Shown: positions 10,970-23,329 of the stretch, piece by piece | How positions within the stretch are numbered: position 1 is the stretch's first letter | Layout: the number at the start of each line of letters is the position of its first letter | Source: Escherichia coli | Lineage (GTDB): Bacteria; Pseudomonadota; Gammaproteobacteria; Enterobacterales; Enterobacteriaceae | Length of the DNA: 64,000 nucleotides | NCBI RefSeq assembly: GCF_024298765.1 | Contig: NZ_CP101210.1 | Reading direction: 5' to 3' (one strand) | Notes under the pieces: generated by a model | Database searches by the model: none | What the model was told of the DNA's origin: nothing | What the model saw: only the letters and a program-made list of their open reading frames with translations | Translations under genes and position numbers: made by a program

Positions 10970-12161
10970 CTACCTGTTGTTGCCGCTGATTTATCTGCTG
11001 GTTAACGTCAAAATCGCCCAGCTTGGCGAAAGTTTCCCCATCACCATCGTCACTTTTTTACCTGTCTTGTTACTGCTGTTTTTAGAACGCATCAGCGTTA
11101 AAAAATTGATGATTGCCTTAGGGATTGGCGCGGGACTCACGGCGTTTAACTATCTGTTTGGTCAGTCGCTGGATGCCAGTAAATACGTCACTTCAACTAT
11201 GCTGTTTGTCTATATTGTGATCATTATTGGCATGGTGTGGAGTATTCGTTTTAAAACAATTTCGCCACACAACCATCGCAAGATATTACGTTTCTTTTAT
11301 CTGGTGGTCGGGCTGGTGGTGGCGCTGGCGGCGGTGGAGATGGCACAAATTATCCTCACCGGTGGCAGCAGTATTATGGAGTCGATTTCGAAATATCTGA
11401 TTTACAGCAACAGCTATGTGCTGAATTTCATTAAATTCGGCGGCAAGCGCACGACAGCACTTTATTTCGAACCGGCATTTTTCGCTCTGGCATTAATCTC
11501 AATTTGGCTCAGCATCAAACAGTTTGGTATCAAAACGCCTAAAACCGATGCTATGATTCTCGCAGGGATAATATTATCCGGATCGTTTTCAGGGGTTATG
11601 ACCTTTATCCTGTTTTATTTGCTGGAGTGGGCATTTCAATATCTGAATAAAGAGGCGATTAAGAAAAAGTTACCGTTAGCATTGATTTCTCTGGCTGTAT
11701 TCCTGGTTGGTGTGGTAATTGCATTTCCTTATATTTCCACCCGTCTGGGCGATTTAGGTACGGAAGGATCGTCATCGTATTATCGTATTGTCGGTCCGCT
11801 GGTGATGGTCGGTTATTCTTTGACCCATATTGACGGTGTAGTCAGATTTGGCTCACTTTATGAATATGTCGCATCATTCGGAATATTTAACGGTGCGGAT
11901 GTCGGAAAAACCATAGACAATGGTTTGTATCTGCTGATTATTTATTTTTCCTGGTTCGCAGTGTTTTTATCGCTGTGGTACATGGGGAAAGTGATAAAAA
12001 TGATGATCAACGCTTTTGGTGATAACCGCAATTTTCGCGTGCAATTATATCTTTTTACTCCGGTGTCGCTGTTTTTTACCGGTTCGATATTTAGCCCGGA
12101 ATATGCATTTTTAATCGTCTGTCCGTTTATTTTGCGAAAAGCGTTAAATATTACGAGGTAA
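10944..12161 (+). CDS. wcaD: Colanic acid polymerase (Wzy-like)
   Basis: Start taken at [10 protein letters not shown] (405 aa), not the longer track ORF from 10872; polytopic membrane protein. Confidence 0.85.
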   Translation: MSTSIRICSYLLLPLIYLLVNVKIAQLGESFPITIVTFLPVLLLLFLERISVKKLMIALGIGAGLTAFNYLFGQSLDASKYVTSTMLFVYIVIIIGMVWSIRFKTISPHNHRKILRFFYLVVGLVVALAAVEMAQIILTGGSSIMESISKYLIYSNSYVLNFIKFGGKRTTALYFEPAFFALALISIWLSIKQFGIKTPKTDAMILAGIILSGSFSGVMTFILFYLLEWAFQYLNKEAIKKKLPLALISLAVFLVGVVIAFPYISTRLGDLGTEGSSSYYRIVGPLVMVGYSLTHIDGVVRFGSLYEYVASFGIFNGADVGKTIDNGLYLLIIYFSWFAVFLSLWYMGKVIKMMINAFGDNRNFRVQLYLFTPVSLFFTGSIFSPEYAFLIVCPFILRKALNITR

Positions 12162-12171
12162 GAATAAGAAC

Positions 12172-12918
12172 ATGTTGCTTAGCATAATCACTGTCGCGTT
12201 TCGTAACCTCGAAGGGATAGTCAAAACACATGCCTCGCTGGCGCATCTGGCGCAGGCGGAAGATATCAGCTTCGAATGGATTGTTGTCGATGGCGGTTCC
12301 AATGACGGCACCCGTGAGTATCTGGAAAATCTCAATGGTATCTATAACCTACGCTTTGTCAGCGAGCCAGATAACGGTATCTACGACGCCATGAACAAAG
12401 GCATTACGATAGCACAAGGCAAGTTCGCGTTGTTTCTCAATTCGGGCGATATTTTTCATCAGGATGCCGCAAATTTTGTCCGTAAGTTAAAAATGCAAAA
12501 AGATAACATGATGATCACCGGCGATGCGCTGCTGGATTTTGGCGACGGGCATAAAATTAAACGTAGCGCCAAACCGGGCTGGTATATTTATCACAGCCTG
12601 CCCGCCAGTCATCAGGCGATATTTTTCCCTGTATCCGGCTTGAAAAAATGGCGTTATGACCTGGAATATAAAGTTTCTTCCGACTACGCGCTGGCAGCCA
12701 AAATGTATAAAGCCGGTTATGCATTTAAAAAACTCAATGGCCTGGTGTCTGAATTTTCCATGGGTGGGGTATCTACCACCAATAATATGGAATTGTGTGC
12801 TGACGCGAAAAAAGTCCAACGACAAATATTACATGTACCTGGCTTTTGGGCTGAATTATCCTGGCATTTACGCCAACGTACTACCTCAAAGACGAAAGCC
12901 TTATATAACAAAGTCTGA
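12172..12918 (+). CDS. wcaE: Colanic acid glycosyltransferase (GT2)
   Basis: 248 aa; GT2 motifs; synteny. Confidence 0.9.
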   Translation: MLLSIITVAFRNLEGIVKTHASLAHLAQAEDISFEWIVVDGGSNDGTREYLENLNGIYNLRFVSEPDNGIYDAMNKGITIAQGKFALFLNSGDIFHQDAANFVRKLKMQKDNMMITGDALLDFGDGHKIKRSAKPGWYIYHSLPASHQAIFFPVSGLKKWRYDLEYKVSSDYALAAKMYKAGYAFKKLNGLVSEFSMGGVSTTNNMELCADAKKVQRQILHVPGFWAELSWHLRQRTTSKTKALYNKV

Positions 12919-12933
12919 ATATAAGGAGAACCA

Positions 12934-13482
12934 ATGCAAGATTTAAGCGGTTTCTCGGTGCCGAAAGGGTTCCGGGGCGGCAACGCTATTAAAGTGCAAT
13001 TATGGTGGGCAGTACAGGCAACAATATTTGCCTGGTCGCCACAAGTATTGTATCGCTGGCGGGCATTTTTATTACGTTTATTCGGCGCAAAAATAGGAAA
13101 AAACGTAGTTATTCGTCCGTCAGTAAAAATTACCTATCCGTGGAAATTAACCTTAGGTGATTACGCGTGGGTCGGCGATGACGTCAATTTATATACCCTC
13201 GGTGAAATAACCATTGGCGCACATTCGGTGATATCGCAAAAAAGTTATTTATGCACCGGTAGCCACGACCATGCAAGTCAACATTTCACCATTAATGCTA
13301 CGCCTATTGTGATTGGCGAGAAATGCTGGCTGGCAACCGATGTTTTTGTTGCCCCTGGCGTCACGATTGGCGACGGCACCGTCGTGGGTGCACGAAGCAG
13401 TGTTTTTAAAACGCTTCCGGCAAATGTGGTTTGCCGGGGGAATCCCGCAGTGGTGATACGCGAACGCGTTGAAACTGAATAA
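12934..13482 (+). CDS. wcaF: Colanic acid acetyltransferase (hexapeptide-repeat)
   Basis: 182 aa; hexapeptide repeat beta-helix. Confidence 0.9.
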   Translation: MQDLSGFSVPKGFRGGNAIKVQLWWAVQATIFAWSPQVLYRWRAFLLRLFGAKIGKNVVIRPSVKITYPWKLTLGDYAWVGDDVNLYTLGEITIGAHSVISQKSYLCTGSHDHASQHFTINATPIVIGEKCWLATDVFVAPGVTIGDGTVVGARSSVFKTLPANVVCRGNPAVVIRERVETE

Positions 13483-13508
13483 ATTCAAAAAATACAGAGG
13501 AATAAGAC

Positions 13509-14630
13509 ATGTCAAAAGTCGCTCTCATCACCGGTGTAACCGGACAAGACGGTTCTTACCTGGCAGAGTTTCTGCTGGAAAAAGGTTACGAGGTGCATGG
13601 TATTAAGCGTCGTGCATCGTCATTCAACACCGAGCGCGTGGATCACATTTATCAGGATCCGCACACCTGCAACCCGAAATTCCATCTGCATTATGGCGAC
13701 CTGAGTGATACCTCCAACCTGACACGCATTTTGCGTGAAGTGCAGCCGGATGAAGTTTACAACCTGGGCGCAATGAGCCACGTTGCGGTTTCTTTTGAGT
13801 CACCGGAATATACCGCAGACGTCGATGCGATGGGTACGCTGCGCCTGCTCGAGGCGATCCGCTTCCTCGGTCTGGAAAAGAAAACCCGTTTCTATCAGGC
13901 TTCCACCTCTGAACTGTATGGTCTGGTGCAGGAAATTCCGCAGAAAGAAACCACGCCGTTCTACCCACGCTCTCCGTATGCTGTCGCCAAACTGTACGCC
14001 TACTGGATCACCGTTAACTACCGCGAATCCTACGGCATGTACGCCTGTAACGGTATTCTCTTCAACCATGAATCCCCGCGCCGCGGCGAAACCTTCGTTA
14101 CCCGCAAAATCACCCGCGCAATCGCCAATATCGCCCAGGGGCTGGAGTCGTGCCTGTACCTCGGCAATATGGATTCCCTGCGTGACTGGGGCCACGCCAA
14201 AGACTACGTAAAAATGCAGTGGATGATGCTGCAACAGGAACAGCCGGAAGATTTCGTTATCGCGACCGGCGTTCAGTACTCCGTGCGTCAGTTCGTGGAA
14301 ATGGCAGCGGCACAGCTGGGCATCAAACTGCGCTTTGAAGGCACGGGTGTTGAAGAGAAGGGCATTGTGGTTTCCGTCACCGGGCATGACGCGCCGGGCG
14401 TTAAACCGGGTGATGTGATTATCGCCGTTGATCCGCGTTACTTCCGTCCGGCTGAAGTTGAAACGCTGCTCGGCGACCCGACCAAAGCGCACGAAAAACT
14501 GGGCTGGAAACCGGAAATCACCCTCAGAGAGATGGTGTCTGAAATGGTGGCTAATGACCTCGAAGCGGCGAAAAAACACTCTCTGCTGAAATCTCACGGC
14601 TACGACGTGGCGATCGCGCTGGAGTCATAA
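13509..14630 (+). CDS. gmd: GDP-mannose 4,6-dehydratase (colanic acid copy)
   Basis: 373 aa; Rossmann [10 protein letters not shown]; SDR active-site region. Confidence 0.95.
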
Positions 14631-14632
14631 GC

Positions 14633-15598
14633 ATGAGTAAACAACGCATTTTTATCGCTGGCCATCGTGGGATGGTCGGTTCTGCCATCAGGCGGCAGCT
14701 CAAACAGCGCGGTGATGTGGAACTGGTATTACGCACCCGCGACGAGCTGAACCTGCTGGACAGCCGCGCGGTGCATGATTTCTTTGCCAGCGAACGCATT
14801 GACCAGGTCTATCTGGCGGCGGCGAAAGTGGGCGGCATTGTTGCCAACAACACCTATCCGGCGGATTTCATCTACCAGAACATGATGATTGAGAGCAACA
14901 TCATTCACGCCGCGCATCAGAACGACGTGAACAAACTGCTGTTTCTCGGATCGTCCTGTATCTACCCGAAACTGGCAAAACAGCCGATGGCAGAAAGCGA
15001 GTTATTGCAGGGCACGCTGGAGCCGACCAACGAGCCTTACGCCATTGCCAAAATCGCCGGGATCAAACTGTGCGAATCTTACAACCGCCAGTATGGACGC
15101 GATTACCGCTCAGTCATGCCGACCAACCTGTACGGGCCGCACGACAACTTCCACCCGAGTAACTCGCACGTGATCCCTGCATTGCTGCGTCGCTTCCACG
15201 AGGCGACGGCACAGAATGCGCCGGACGTGGTGGTGTGGGGCAGCGGTACACCGATGCGCGAATTTCTGCACGTTGATGATATGGCAGCGGCGAGCATTCA
15301 TGTGATGGAGCTGGCGCACGAAGTCTGGCAGGAGAACACCCGGCCGATGCTGTCGCACATTAACGTCGGCACGGGCGTTGACTGCACTATCCGTGAGCTG
15401 GCGCAAACCATCGCCAAAGTGGTGGGTTACAAAGGTCGGGTGGTTTTTGATGCCAGCAAACCGGATGGTACGCCGCGCAAACTGCTGGATGTGACGCGCC
15501 TGCATCAGCTTGGCTGGTATCACGAAATCTCACTGGAAGCGGGGCTTGCCAGCACTTACCTGTGGTTCCTTGAGAATCAAGACCGCTTTCGGGGGTAA
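14633..15598 (+). CDS. fcl: GDP-L-fucose synthase (colanic acid copy)
   Basis: 321 aa; N-terminal GHRGMVGSA; immediately after gmd. Confidence 0.95.
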   Translation: MSKQRIFIAGHRGMVGSAIRRQLKQRGDVELVLRTRDELNLLDSRAVHDFFASERIDQVYLAAAKVGGIVANNTYPADFIYQNMMIESNIIHAAHQNDVNKLLFLGSSCIYPKLAKQPMAESELLQGTLEPTNEPYAIAKIAGIKLCESYNRQYGRDYRSVMPTNLYGPHDNFHPSNSHVIPALLRRFHEATAQNAPDVVVWGSGTPMREFLHVDDMAAASIHVMELAHEVWQENTRPMLSHINVGTGVDCTIRELAQTIAKVVGYKGRVVFDASKPDGTPRKLLDVTRLHQLGWYHEISLEAGLASTYLWFLENQDRFRG

Positions 15599-16080
15599 TG
15601 ATGTTTTTACGTCAGGAAGACTTTGCCACGGTAGTGCGCTCCACCCCGCTTGTCTCCCTCGACTTTATTGTTGAGAACAGTCGCGGCGAGTTTCTGCTTG
15701 GCAAAAGAACCAACCGCCCGGCGCAGGGTTACTGGTTTGTGCCGGGAGGGCGCGTGCAGAAAGACGAAACGCTGGAAGCCGCATTTGAGCGGCTGACGAT
15801 GGCGGAACTGGGGCTGCGTCTGCCGATAACAGCAGGCCAGTTTTACGGTGTCTGGCAGCACTTTTATGACGATAACTTCTCCGGCACGGATTTCACCACT
15901 CACTATGTGGTGCTCGGTTTTCGCTTCAGAGTAGCGGAAGAAGAACTGTTACTGCCGGATGAGCAGCATGACGATTACCGCTGGCTGACGCCGGACGCAC
16001 TGCTCGCCAGTGACAATGTTCACGCTAACAGCCGCGCCTATTTTCTCGCTGAGAAGCGTGCCGGAGTACCCGGATTATGA
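15598..16080 (+). CDS. gmm: GDP-mannose mannosyl hydrolase (Nudix)
   Basis: 160 aa; synteny after fcl. Confidence 0.9.
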   Translation: MMFLRQEDFATVVRSTPLVSLDFIVENSRGEFLLGKRTNRPAQGYWFVPGGRVQKDETLEAAFERLTMAELGLRLPITAGQFYGVWQHFYDDNFSGTDFTTHYVVLGFRFRVAEEELLLPDEQHDDYRWLTPDALLASDNVHANSRAYFLAEKRAGVPGL

Positions 16081-17300
16081 AAATACTGGTCTACGGCATT
16101 AACTACTCGCCGGAGTTAACCGGCATCGGCAAATACACCGGAGAAATGGTGGAATGGCTGGCGGCGCAAGGTCATGAGGTGCGGGTTATTACCGCACCGC
16201 CTTACTACCCGCAGTGGCAGGTGGGCGAGAACTATTCCGCCTGGCGCTACAAACGAGAAGAGGGGGCCGCCACGGTGTGGCGCTGCCCGCTGTACGTGCC
16301 AAAACAGCCGAGCACCCTGAAACGCCTGTTGCATCTCGGCAGTTTTGCCGTCAGCAGTTTTTTCCCGTTGATGGCGCAACGTCGCTGGAAGCCGGTTCGC
16401 ATTATCGGCGTGGTGCCAACGCTGTTTTGCACGCCGGGAATGCGCCTGCTGGCGAAACTCTCTGGTGCGCGTACCGTGCTGCATATTCAGGATTACGAAG
16501 TGGACGCCATGCTGGGGCTGGGCCTTGCCGGAAAAGGCAAAGGCGGCAAAGTGGCACAGCTGGCAACGGCGTTCGAACGTAGCGGACTGCATAACGTCGA
16601 TAACGTCTCCACGATTTCGCGTTCGATGATGAATAAAGCCATCGAAAAAGGCGTGGCGGCGGAAAACGTCATCTTCTTCCCCAACTGGTCGGAAATCGCC
16701 CGTTTTCAGCATGTTGCAGACACCGATGTTGATGCCCTTCGTAACCAGCTTGGCCTGCCGGATAACAAAAAAATCATTCTTTACTCCGGCAATATTGGTG
16801 AAAAGCAGGGGCTGGAAAACGTTATTGAAGCTGCCGATCGTCTGCGCGATGAACCGCTGATTTTTGCCATTGTCGGGCAGGGCGGCGGCAAAGCGCGGCT
16901 GGAAAAAATGGCGCAGCAGCGTGGACTGCGCAACATGCAATTTTTCCCGCTGCAATCGTATGACGCTTTACCCGCACTGCTGAAGATGGGCGATTGCCAT
17001 CTGGTGGTGCAAAAACGCGGCGCGGCAGATGCCGTATTGCCGTCGAAACTGACCAATATTCTGGCGGTAGGCGGTAACGCGGTGATTACCGCAGAAGCCC
17101 ACACAGAACTGGGACAGCTTTGCGAAACCTTTCCGGGCATTGCGGTTTGCGTGGAACCGGAATCGGTCGAGGCGCTGGTGGCGGGGATCCGTCAGGCGCT
17201 CCTGCTGCCCAAACACAACACGGTGGCACGTGAATATGCCGAACGCACACTCGATAAAGAGAACGTGTTACGTCAATTTATAAATGATATTCGGGGATAA
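16077..17300 (+). CDS. wcaI: Colanic acid glycosyltransferase
   Basis: 407 aa; GT-B type; synteny. Confidence 0.9.
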   Translation: MKILVYGINYSPELTGIGKYTGEMVEWLAAQGHEVRVITAPPYYPQWQVGENYSAWRYKREEGAATVWRCPLYVPKQPSTLKRLLHLGSFAVSSFFPLMAQRRWKPVRIIGVVPTLFCTPGMRLLAKLSGARTVLHIQDYEVDAMLGLGLAGKGKGGKVAQLATAFERSGLHNVDNVSTISRSMMNKAIEKGVAAENVIFFPNWSEIARFQHVADTDVDALRNQLGLPDNKKIILYSGNIGEKQGLENVIEAADRLRDEPLIFAIVGQGGGKARLEKMAQQRGLRNMQFFPLQSYDALPALLKMGDCHLVVQKRGAADAVLPSKLTNILAVGGNAVITAEAHTELGQLCETFPGIAVCVEPESVEALVAGIRQALLLPKHNTVAREYAERTLDKENVLRQFINDIRG

Positions 17301-17302
17301 TT

Positions 17303-18739
17303 ATGGCGCAGTCGAAACTCTATCCAGTTGTGATGGCAGGTGGCTCCGGTAGCCGCTTATGGCCGCTTTCCCGCGTACTTTACCCCAAGCAGTTTTTATG
17401 CCTGAAAGGCGATCTCACCATGCTGCAAACCACCATCTGCCGCCTGAACGGCGTGGAGTGCGAAAGCCCGGTGGTGATTTGCAATGAGCAGCACCGCTTT
17501 ATTGTCGCGGAACAGCTGCGTCAACTGAACAAACTCACCGAGAACATTATTCTCGAACCGGCAGGGCGTAACACTGCACCTGCCATTGCACTGGCGGCGC
17601 TGGCGGCAAAACGTCATAGCCCGGAGAGCGACCCGTTAATGCTGGTGCTGGCGGCGGATCATGTGATTGCCGATGAAGACGCGTTCCGTGCCGCCGTGCG
17701 TAATGCCATGCCGTATGCCGAAGCGGGCAAGCTGGTGACCTTCGGCATTGTGCCGGATCTACCTGAAACCGGATATGGCTATATTCGTCGCGGTGAAGTG
17801 TCGGCGGGTGAGCAGGATACGGTGGCCTTTGAAGTGGCGCAGTTTGTCGAAAAACCGAATCTGGAAACCGCCCAGGCCTATGTGGCAAGCGGCGAATATT
17901 ACTGGAACAGCGGCATGTTCCTGTTCCGCGCCGGACGCTATCTCGAAGAACTGAAAAAATATCGCCCGGATATTCTCGACGCCTGTGAACAAGCGATGAG
18001 CGCCGTCGATCCGGATCTCGATTTTATTCGCGTGGATGAAGAAGCGTTTCTGGCCTGCCCGGAAGAGTCGGTGGATTACGCGGTCATGGAACGTACGGCA
18101 GATGCCGTTGTGGTGCCGATGGATGCGGGCTGGAGCGATGTCGGTTCCTGGTCTTCATTATGGGAGATCAGCGCCCACACCGCCGAGGGCAACGTTTGCC
18201 ACGGTGATGTGATTAATCACAAAACTGAAAACAGCTATGTGTACGCCGAATCTGGCCTGGTCACCACCGTCGGGGTGAAAGATCTGGTAGTGGTGCAGAC
18301 CAAAGATGCGGTGCTGATTGCCGACCGTAACGCGGTGCAGGATGTGAAAAAAGTGGTCGAGCAGATCAAAGCCGATGGTCGCCATGAGCATCGGGTGCAT
18401 CGCGAAGTGTATCGTCCGTGGGGCAAATATGACTCTATCGACGCGGGCGACCGCTACCAGGTGAAACGCATCACCGTGAAACCGGGCGAGGGCTTGTCGG
18501 TACAGATGCACCATCACCGCGCGGAACACTGGGTAGTGGTCGCGGGAACGGCAAAAGTCACCATTGATGGTGATATCAAACTGCTTGGTGAAAACGAGTC
18601 CATTTATATTCCGCTGGGGGCGACGCACTGCCTGGAAAACCCGGGGAAAATTCCGCTCGATTTAATTGAAGTGCGCTCCGGCTCTTATCTCGAAGAGGAT
18701 GATGTGGTGCGCTTCGCGGATCGCTACGGACGGGTGTAA
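17303..18739 (+). CDS. cpsB: Mannose-1-phosphate guanylyltransferase (colanic acid copy)
   Basis: 478 aa; N-terminal nucleotidyltransferase [12 protein letters not shown]; C-terminal cupin domain. Confidence 0.95.
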   Translation: MAQSKLYPVVMAGGSGSRLWPLSRVLYPKQFLCLKGDLTMLQTTICRLNGVECESPVVICNEQHRFIVAEQLRQLNKLTENIILEPAGRNTAPAIALAALAAKRHSPESDPLMLVLAADHVIADEDAFRAAVRNAMPYAEAGKLVTFGIVPDLPETGYGYIRRGEVSAGEQDTVAFEVAQFVEKPNLETAQAYVASGEYYWNSGMFLFRAGRYLEELKKYRPDILDACEQAMSAVDPDLDFIRVDEEAFLACPEESVDYAVMERTADAVVVPMDAGWSDVGSWSSLWEISAHTAEGNVCHGDVINHKTENSYVYAESGLVTTVGVKDLVVVQTKDAVLIADRNAVQDVKKVVEQIKADGRHEHRVHREVYRPWGKYDSIDAGDRYQVKRITVKPGEGLSVQMHHHRAEHWVVVAGTAKVTIDGDIKLLGENESIYIPLGATHCLENPGKIPLDLIEVRSGSYLEEDDVVRFADRYGRV

Positions 18740-18845
<106 letters not shown>

Positions 18846-18931
18846 AATGCGAAACCGAGATGTAAATAACGACAAAAACAAAATTGGCCGTTTCGGTCAG
18901 GGCCAACTATTGCCTGAAAAAGGGTAACGAC

Positions 18932-20302
18932 ATGAAAAAATTAACCTGCTTTAAAGCCTATGATATTCGCGGGAAATTAGGCGAAGAACTGAATGAAGAT
19001 ATCGCCTGGCGCATTGGTCGCGCCTATGGCGAATTTCTCAAACCGAAAACCATTGTGTTAGGCGGTGATGTCCGTCTCACCAGCCAAACCTTAAAACTGG
19101 CGCTGGCAAAAGGTTTACAGGATGCGGGCGTTGACGTGCTGGATATTGGTATGTCCGGCACCGAAGAGATCTATTTCGCCACGTTCCATCTCGGCGTGGA
19201 TGGCGGCATTGAAGTTACCGCCAGCCATAATCCGATGGATTATAACGGCATGAAGCTGGTTCGCGAGGGGGCTCGCCCGATCAGCGGAGATACCGGACTG
19301 CGCGACGTCCAGCGTCTGGCTGAAGCCAACGACTTTCCTCCCGTCGATGAAACCAAACGCGGTCGCTATCAGCAAATCAACCTGCGTGACGCTTACGTTG
19401 ATCACCTGTTCGGTTATATCAATGTCAAAAACCTCACGCCGCTCAAGCTGGTGATTAACTCCGGGAATGGCGCAGCGGGTCCGGTGGTGGACGCCATTGA
19501 AGCCCGCTTTAAAGCCCTTGGCGCACCCGTGGAATTAATCAAAGTGCACAACACGCCGAACGGCAATTTCCCCAACGGTATTCCTAACCCGCTACTGCCG
19601 GAATGCCGCGACGACACCCGCAATGCGGTCATCAAACACGGCGCGGATATGGGCATTGCCTTTGATGGCGATTTTGACCGCTGCTTCCTGTTTGACGAAA
19701 AAGGGCAGTTTATCGAAGGCTACTACATTGTCGGCCTGCTGGCAGAAGCGTTCCTCGAAAAAAATCCCGGCGCGAAGATCATCCACGATCCACGTCTCTC
19801 CTGGAATACCGTTGATGTGGTGACTGCCGCTGGCGGCACGCCGGTGATGTCGAAAACCGGACACGCCTTTATTAAAGAACGTATGCGCAAGGAAGACGCC
19901 ATCTACGGTGGCGAAATGAGCGCCCACCATTACTTCCGTGATTTCGCTTACTGCGACAGCGGCATGATCCCGTGGCTGCTGGTCGCCGAACTGGTGTGCC
20001 TGAAAGATAAAACGCTGGGCGAACTGGTACGCGACCGGATGGCGGCGTTTCCGGCAAGCGGTGAGATCAACAGCAAACTGGCGCAACCCGTTGAGGCGAT
20101 TAACCGCGTGGAACAGCATTTTAGCCGTGAGGCGCTGGCGGTGGATCGCACCGATGGCATCAGCATGACCTTTGCCGACTGGCGCTTTAACCTGCGCACC
20201 TCCAATACCGAACCGGTGGTGCGCCTGAATGTGGAATCGCGCGGTGATGTGCCGCTGATGGAAGCGCGAACGCGAACTCTGCTGACGTTGCTGAACGAGT
20301 AA
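18932..20302 (+). CDS. cpsG: Phosphomannomutase (colanic acid copy)
   Basis: Start taken at [14 protein letters not shown] (456 aa), not the track start 18884; phosphohexomutase fold with TASHNP. Confidence 0.95.
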   Translation: MKKLTCFKAYDIRGKLGEELNEDIAWRIGRAYGEFLKPKTIVLGGDVRLTSQTLKLALAKGLQDAGVDVLDIGMSGTEEIYFATFHLGVDGGIEVTASHNPMDYNGMKLVREGARPISGDTGLRDVQRLAEANDFPPVDETKRGRYQQINLRDAYVDHLFGYINVKNLTPLKLVINSGNGAAGPVVDAIEARFKALGAPVELIKVHNTPNGNFPNGIPNPLLPECRDDTRNAVIKHGADMGIAFDGDFDRCFLFDEKGQFIEGYYIVGLLAEAFLEKNPGAKIIHDPRLSWNTVDVVTAAGGTPVMSKTGHAFIKERMRKEDAIYGGEMSAHHYFRDFAYCDSGMIPWLLVAELVCLKDKTLGELVRDRMAAFPASGEINSKLAQPVEAINRVEQHFSREALAVDRTDGISMTFADWRFNLRTSNTEPVVRLNVESRGDVPLMEARTRTLLTLLNE

Positions 20303-20312
20303 TGTCATTACT

Positions 20313-20417
20313 TTCCCCCTCACCCTGACGCTCTACTGCCTGCGGAGAGAAGTGAGCACGGAACTTTCTTCTCCCCCTCGCCCCTTTGGGGAGAGGGCCG
20401 GGGTGAGGGGCGAGGCG
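20313..20417. repeat. GC-rich imperfect palindromic element between cpsG and wcaJ
   Basis: CCCCCTCACCC (20316-20326) pairs with GGGTGAGGGG (20401-20410); inner CTCCCCCTCGCCCC / GGGGAGAGGG arms. Confidence 0.5.
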
Positions 20418-20437
20418 ACAATAGAACAGGAACAACG

Positions 20438-21832
20438 ATGACAAATCTAAAAAAGCGCGAGCGAGCGAAAACCAATGCATCGTTAATCTCTATGGTGCAA
20501 CGCTTTTCAGATATCACCATCATGTTTGCCGGACTATGGCTGGTTTGCGAAGTCAGCGGACTGTCATTCCTCTACATGCACCTGTTGGTGGCGCTGATTA
20601 CGCTGGTGGTGTTCCAGATGCTGGGCGGCATCACCGATTTTTATCGCTCATGGCGCGGTGTTCGGGCAGCGACAGAATTTGCCCTGTTGCTACAAAACTG
20701 GACCTTAAGCGTGATTTTCAGCGCCGGACTGGTGGCGTTCAACAATGATTTCGACACGCAACTGAAAATCTGGCTGGCGTGGTATGGGCTGACCAGTATC
20801 GGACTGGTGGTTTGCCGTTCATGTATTCGTATTGGGGCGGGCTGGCTGCGTAATCATGGCTATAACAAGCGCATGGTCGCCGTAGCGGGGGATTTAGCCG
20901 CCGGACAAATGCTGATGGAGAGCTTCCGTAATCAGCCGTGGTTAGGGTTTGAAGTGGTGGGGGTTTACCACGACCCGAAACCGGGCGGCGTTTCTAACGA
21001 CTGGGCGGGCAATCTTCAACAGCTGGTCGAGGACGCGAAAGCGGGCAAGATTCATAACGTCTATATCGCGATGCAAATGTGCGACGGCGCGCGAGTGAAA
21101 AAACTGGTCCATCAATTGGCGGACACCACCTGTTCGGTGTTGCTGATCCCCGATGTCTTTACCTTCAACATTCTCCATTCACGTCTTGAAGAGATGAACG
21201 GCGTTCCGGTGGTGCCGCTTTACGACACGCCGCTTTCCGGGGTTAACCGCCTGCTCAAACGTGCGGAAGACATTGTGCTGGCGACGCTTATTCTGCTGCT
21301 GATCTCCCCGGTGCTGTGCTGTATTGCGCTGGCGGTGAAACTCAGTTCACCAGGGCCGGTTATTTTCCGCCAGACTCGCTATGGCATGGATGGCAAACCG
21401 ATCAAAGTGTGGAAGTTCCGTTCGATGAAAGTGATGGAGAACGACAAAGTGGTGACTCAGGCGACGCAGAACGATCCGCGCGTCACCAAAGTGGGGAACT
21501 TTCTGCGCCGCACCTCGCTGGATGAACTGCCGCAGTTTATCAATGTGCTGACCGGGGGGATGTCGATTGTGGGGCCACGTCCGCACGCAGTAGCGCATAA
21601 CGAACAGTATCGCCAGCTCATTGAAGGCTACATGCTGCGCCATAAAGTGAAACCGGGCATTACTGGCTGGGCGCAGATTAACGGCTGGCGCGGCGAAACC
21701 GACACGCTGGAGAAAATGGAAAAACGCGTCGAGTTCGACCTTGAGTACATCCGCGAATGGAGCGTCTGGTTCGATATCAAAATCGTTTTCCTGACGGTGT
21801 TCAAAGGTTTCGTTAACAAAGCGGCATATTGA
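20438..21832 (+). CDS. wcaJ: Undecaprenyl-phosphate glucose-1-phosphate transferase
   Basis: 464 aa; N-terminal TM segments and C-terminal sugar-transferase domain. Confidence 0.9.
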   Translation: MTNLKKRERAKTNASLISMVQRFSDITIMFAGLWLVCEVSGLSFLYMHLLVALITLVVFQMLGGITDFYRSWRGVRAATEFALLLQNWTLSVIFSAGLVAFNNDFDTQLKIWLAWYGLTSIGLVVCRSCIRIGAGWLRNHGYNKRMVAVAGDLAAGQMLMESFRNQPWLGFEVVGVYHDPKPGGVSNDWAGNLQQLVEDAKAGKIHNVYIAMQMCDGARVKKLVHQLADTTCSVLLIPDVFTFNILHSRLEEMNGVPVVPLYDTPLSGVNRLLKRAEDIVLATLILLLISPVLCCIALAVKLSSPGPVIFRQTRYGMDGKPIKVWKFRSMKVMENDKVVTQATQNDPRVTKVGNFLRRTSLDELPQFINVLTGGMSIVGPRPHAVAHNEQYRQLIEGYMLRHKVKPGITGWAQINGWRGETDTLEKMEKRVEFDLEYIREWSVWFDIKIVFLTVFKGFVNKAAY

Positions 21833-21833
21833 T

Positions 21834-23312
21834 ATGAGCTTACGTGAAAAAACCATCAGCGGCGCGAAGTGGTCGGCGATTGCCACGGTGATCATCATCG
21901 GCCTCGGGCTGGTGCAGATGACCGTGCTGGCGCGGATTATCGACAACCACCAGTTCGGCCTGCTGACTGTGTCGCTGGTGATTATCGCGCTGGCAGATAC
22001 GCTTTCTGACTTTGGTATCGCTAACTCGATTATTCAGCGAAAAGAAATCAGTCACCTTGAACTCACCACGTTGTACTGGCTGAACGTCGGGCTGGGGATC
22101 GTGGTGTGCGTGGCGGTGTTTTTGTTGAGTGATCTCATCGGCGACGTGCTGAATAACCCGGACCTGGCACCGTTGATTAAAACATTGTCGCTGGCGTTTG
22201 TGGTGATCCCCCACGGGCAACAGTTCCGCGCGTTGATGCAGAAGGAGCTGGAGTTCAACAAAATCGGCATGATCGAAACCAGCGCGGTACTGGCGGGCTT
22301 CACTTTTACGGTGGTTAGCGCCCATTTCTGGCCGCTGGCGATGACCGCGATCCTCGGTTATCTGGTCAATAGTGCGGTAAGAACGCTGCTGTTTGGCTAC
22401 TTTGGTCGCAAAATTTATCGCCCCGGTCTGCATTTCTCGCTGGCGTCGGTGGCACCGAACTTACGCTTTGGTGCCTGGCTGACGGCGGACAGCATCATCA
22501 ACTATCTCAATACCAACCTTTCAACGCTGGTGCTGGCGCGTATTCTCGGCGCGGGCGTGGCAGGGGGATACAACCTGGCGTACAACGTGGCCGTTGTGCC
22601 ACCGATGAAGCTGAACCCAATCATCACCCGCGTGTTGTTTCCGGCATTCGCCAAAATTCAGGACGATACCGAAAAGCTGCGCGTTAACTTCTACAAGCTG
22701 CTGTCGGTAGTGGGGATTATCAACTTTCCGGCGCTGCTGGGGCTGATGGTGGTGTCGAATAACTTTGTACCGCTGGTCTTTGGTGAGAAGTGGAACAGCA
22801 TTATTCCGGTGCTGCAATTGCTGTGTGTGGTGGGTCTGCTGCGTTCCGTAGGTAACCCGATTGGTTCGCTGCTGATGGCGAAAGCGCGGGTCGATATCAG
22901 CTTTAAATTCAACGTATTCAAAACCTTTCTGTTTATTCCGGCGATTGTTATTGGTGGGCAGATGGCGGGCGCAATTGGCGTCACGCTCGGCTTCCTGTTG
23001 GTACAGATTATCAACACCATTCTGAGTTACTTCGTGATGATTAAACCGGTTCTTGGTTCCAGTTATCGCCAGTACATCCTGAGTTTGTGGCTGCCGTTTT
23101 ATCTCTCGTTGCCGACGCTGGTGGTCAGTTATGCGCTGGGCATTGTGCTGAAAGGGCAACTGGCGCTGGGGATGCTGCTGGCGGTGCAAATAGCCGCGGG
23201 CGTGCTGGCGTTTGTGGTGATGATTGTGCTGTCGCGCCATCCGCTGGTGGTGGAAGTGAAGCGTCAGTTTTGTCGCAGCGAAAAAATGAAAATGCTTTTA
23301 CGGGCGGGGTGA
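21834..23312 (+). CDS. wzxC: Colanic acid repeat-unit flippase
   Basis: 492 aa polytopic membrane protein; synteny. Confidence 0.9.
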   Translation: MSLREKTISGAKWSAIATVIIIGLGLVQMTVLARIIDNHQFGLLTVSLVIIALADTLSDFGIANSIIQRKEISHLELTTLYWLNVGLGIVVCVAVFLLSDLIGDVLNNPDLAPLIKTLSLAFVVIPHGQQFRALMQKELEFNKIGMIETSAVLAGFTFTVVSAHFWPLAMTAILGYLVNSAVRTLLFGYFGRKIYRPGLHFSLASVAPNLRFGAWLTADSIINYLNTNLSTLVLARILGAGVAGGYNLAYNVAVVPPMKLNPIITRVLFPAFAKIQDDTEKLRVNFYKLLSVVGIINFPALLGLMVVSNNFVPLVFGEKWNSIIPVLQLLCVVGLLRSVGNPIGSLLMAKARVDISFKFNVFKTFLFIPAIVIGGQMAGAIGVTLGFLLVQIINTILSYFVMIKPVLGSSYRQYILSLWLPFYLSLPTLVVSYALGIVLKGQLALGMLLAVQIAAGVLAFVVMIVLSRHPLVVEVKRQFCRSEKMKMLLRAG

Positions 23313-23329
23313 GTTGCTGTTTTCGGTTC

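Noticed and set aside
13800-14597. 265-aa minus-strand ORF inside gmd (and its twin at 33610-34407)
   Set aside because: Antisense shadow ORF fully inside a well-supported, conserved coding gene; arises from GC-rich codon structure.
16116-16955. 279-aa minus-strand ORF inside wcaI
   Set aside because: Antisense shadow ORF with low-complexity Arg/Ala/Gln-rich translation; no independent signals.
21840-23240. Minus-strand ORFs of 197 aa and 239 aa inside wzxC
   Set aside because: Arg/His/Gln-rich low-complexity translations antisense to a membrane-protein gene; shadow frames.
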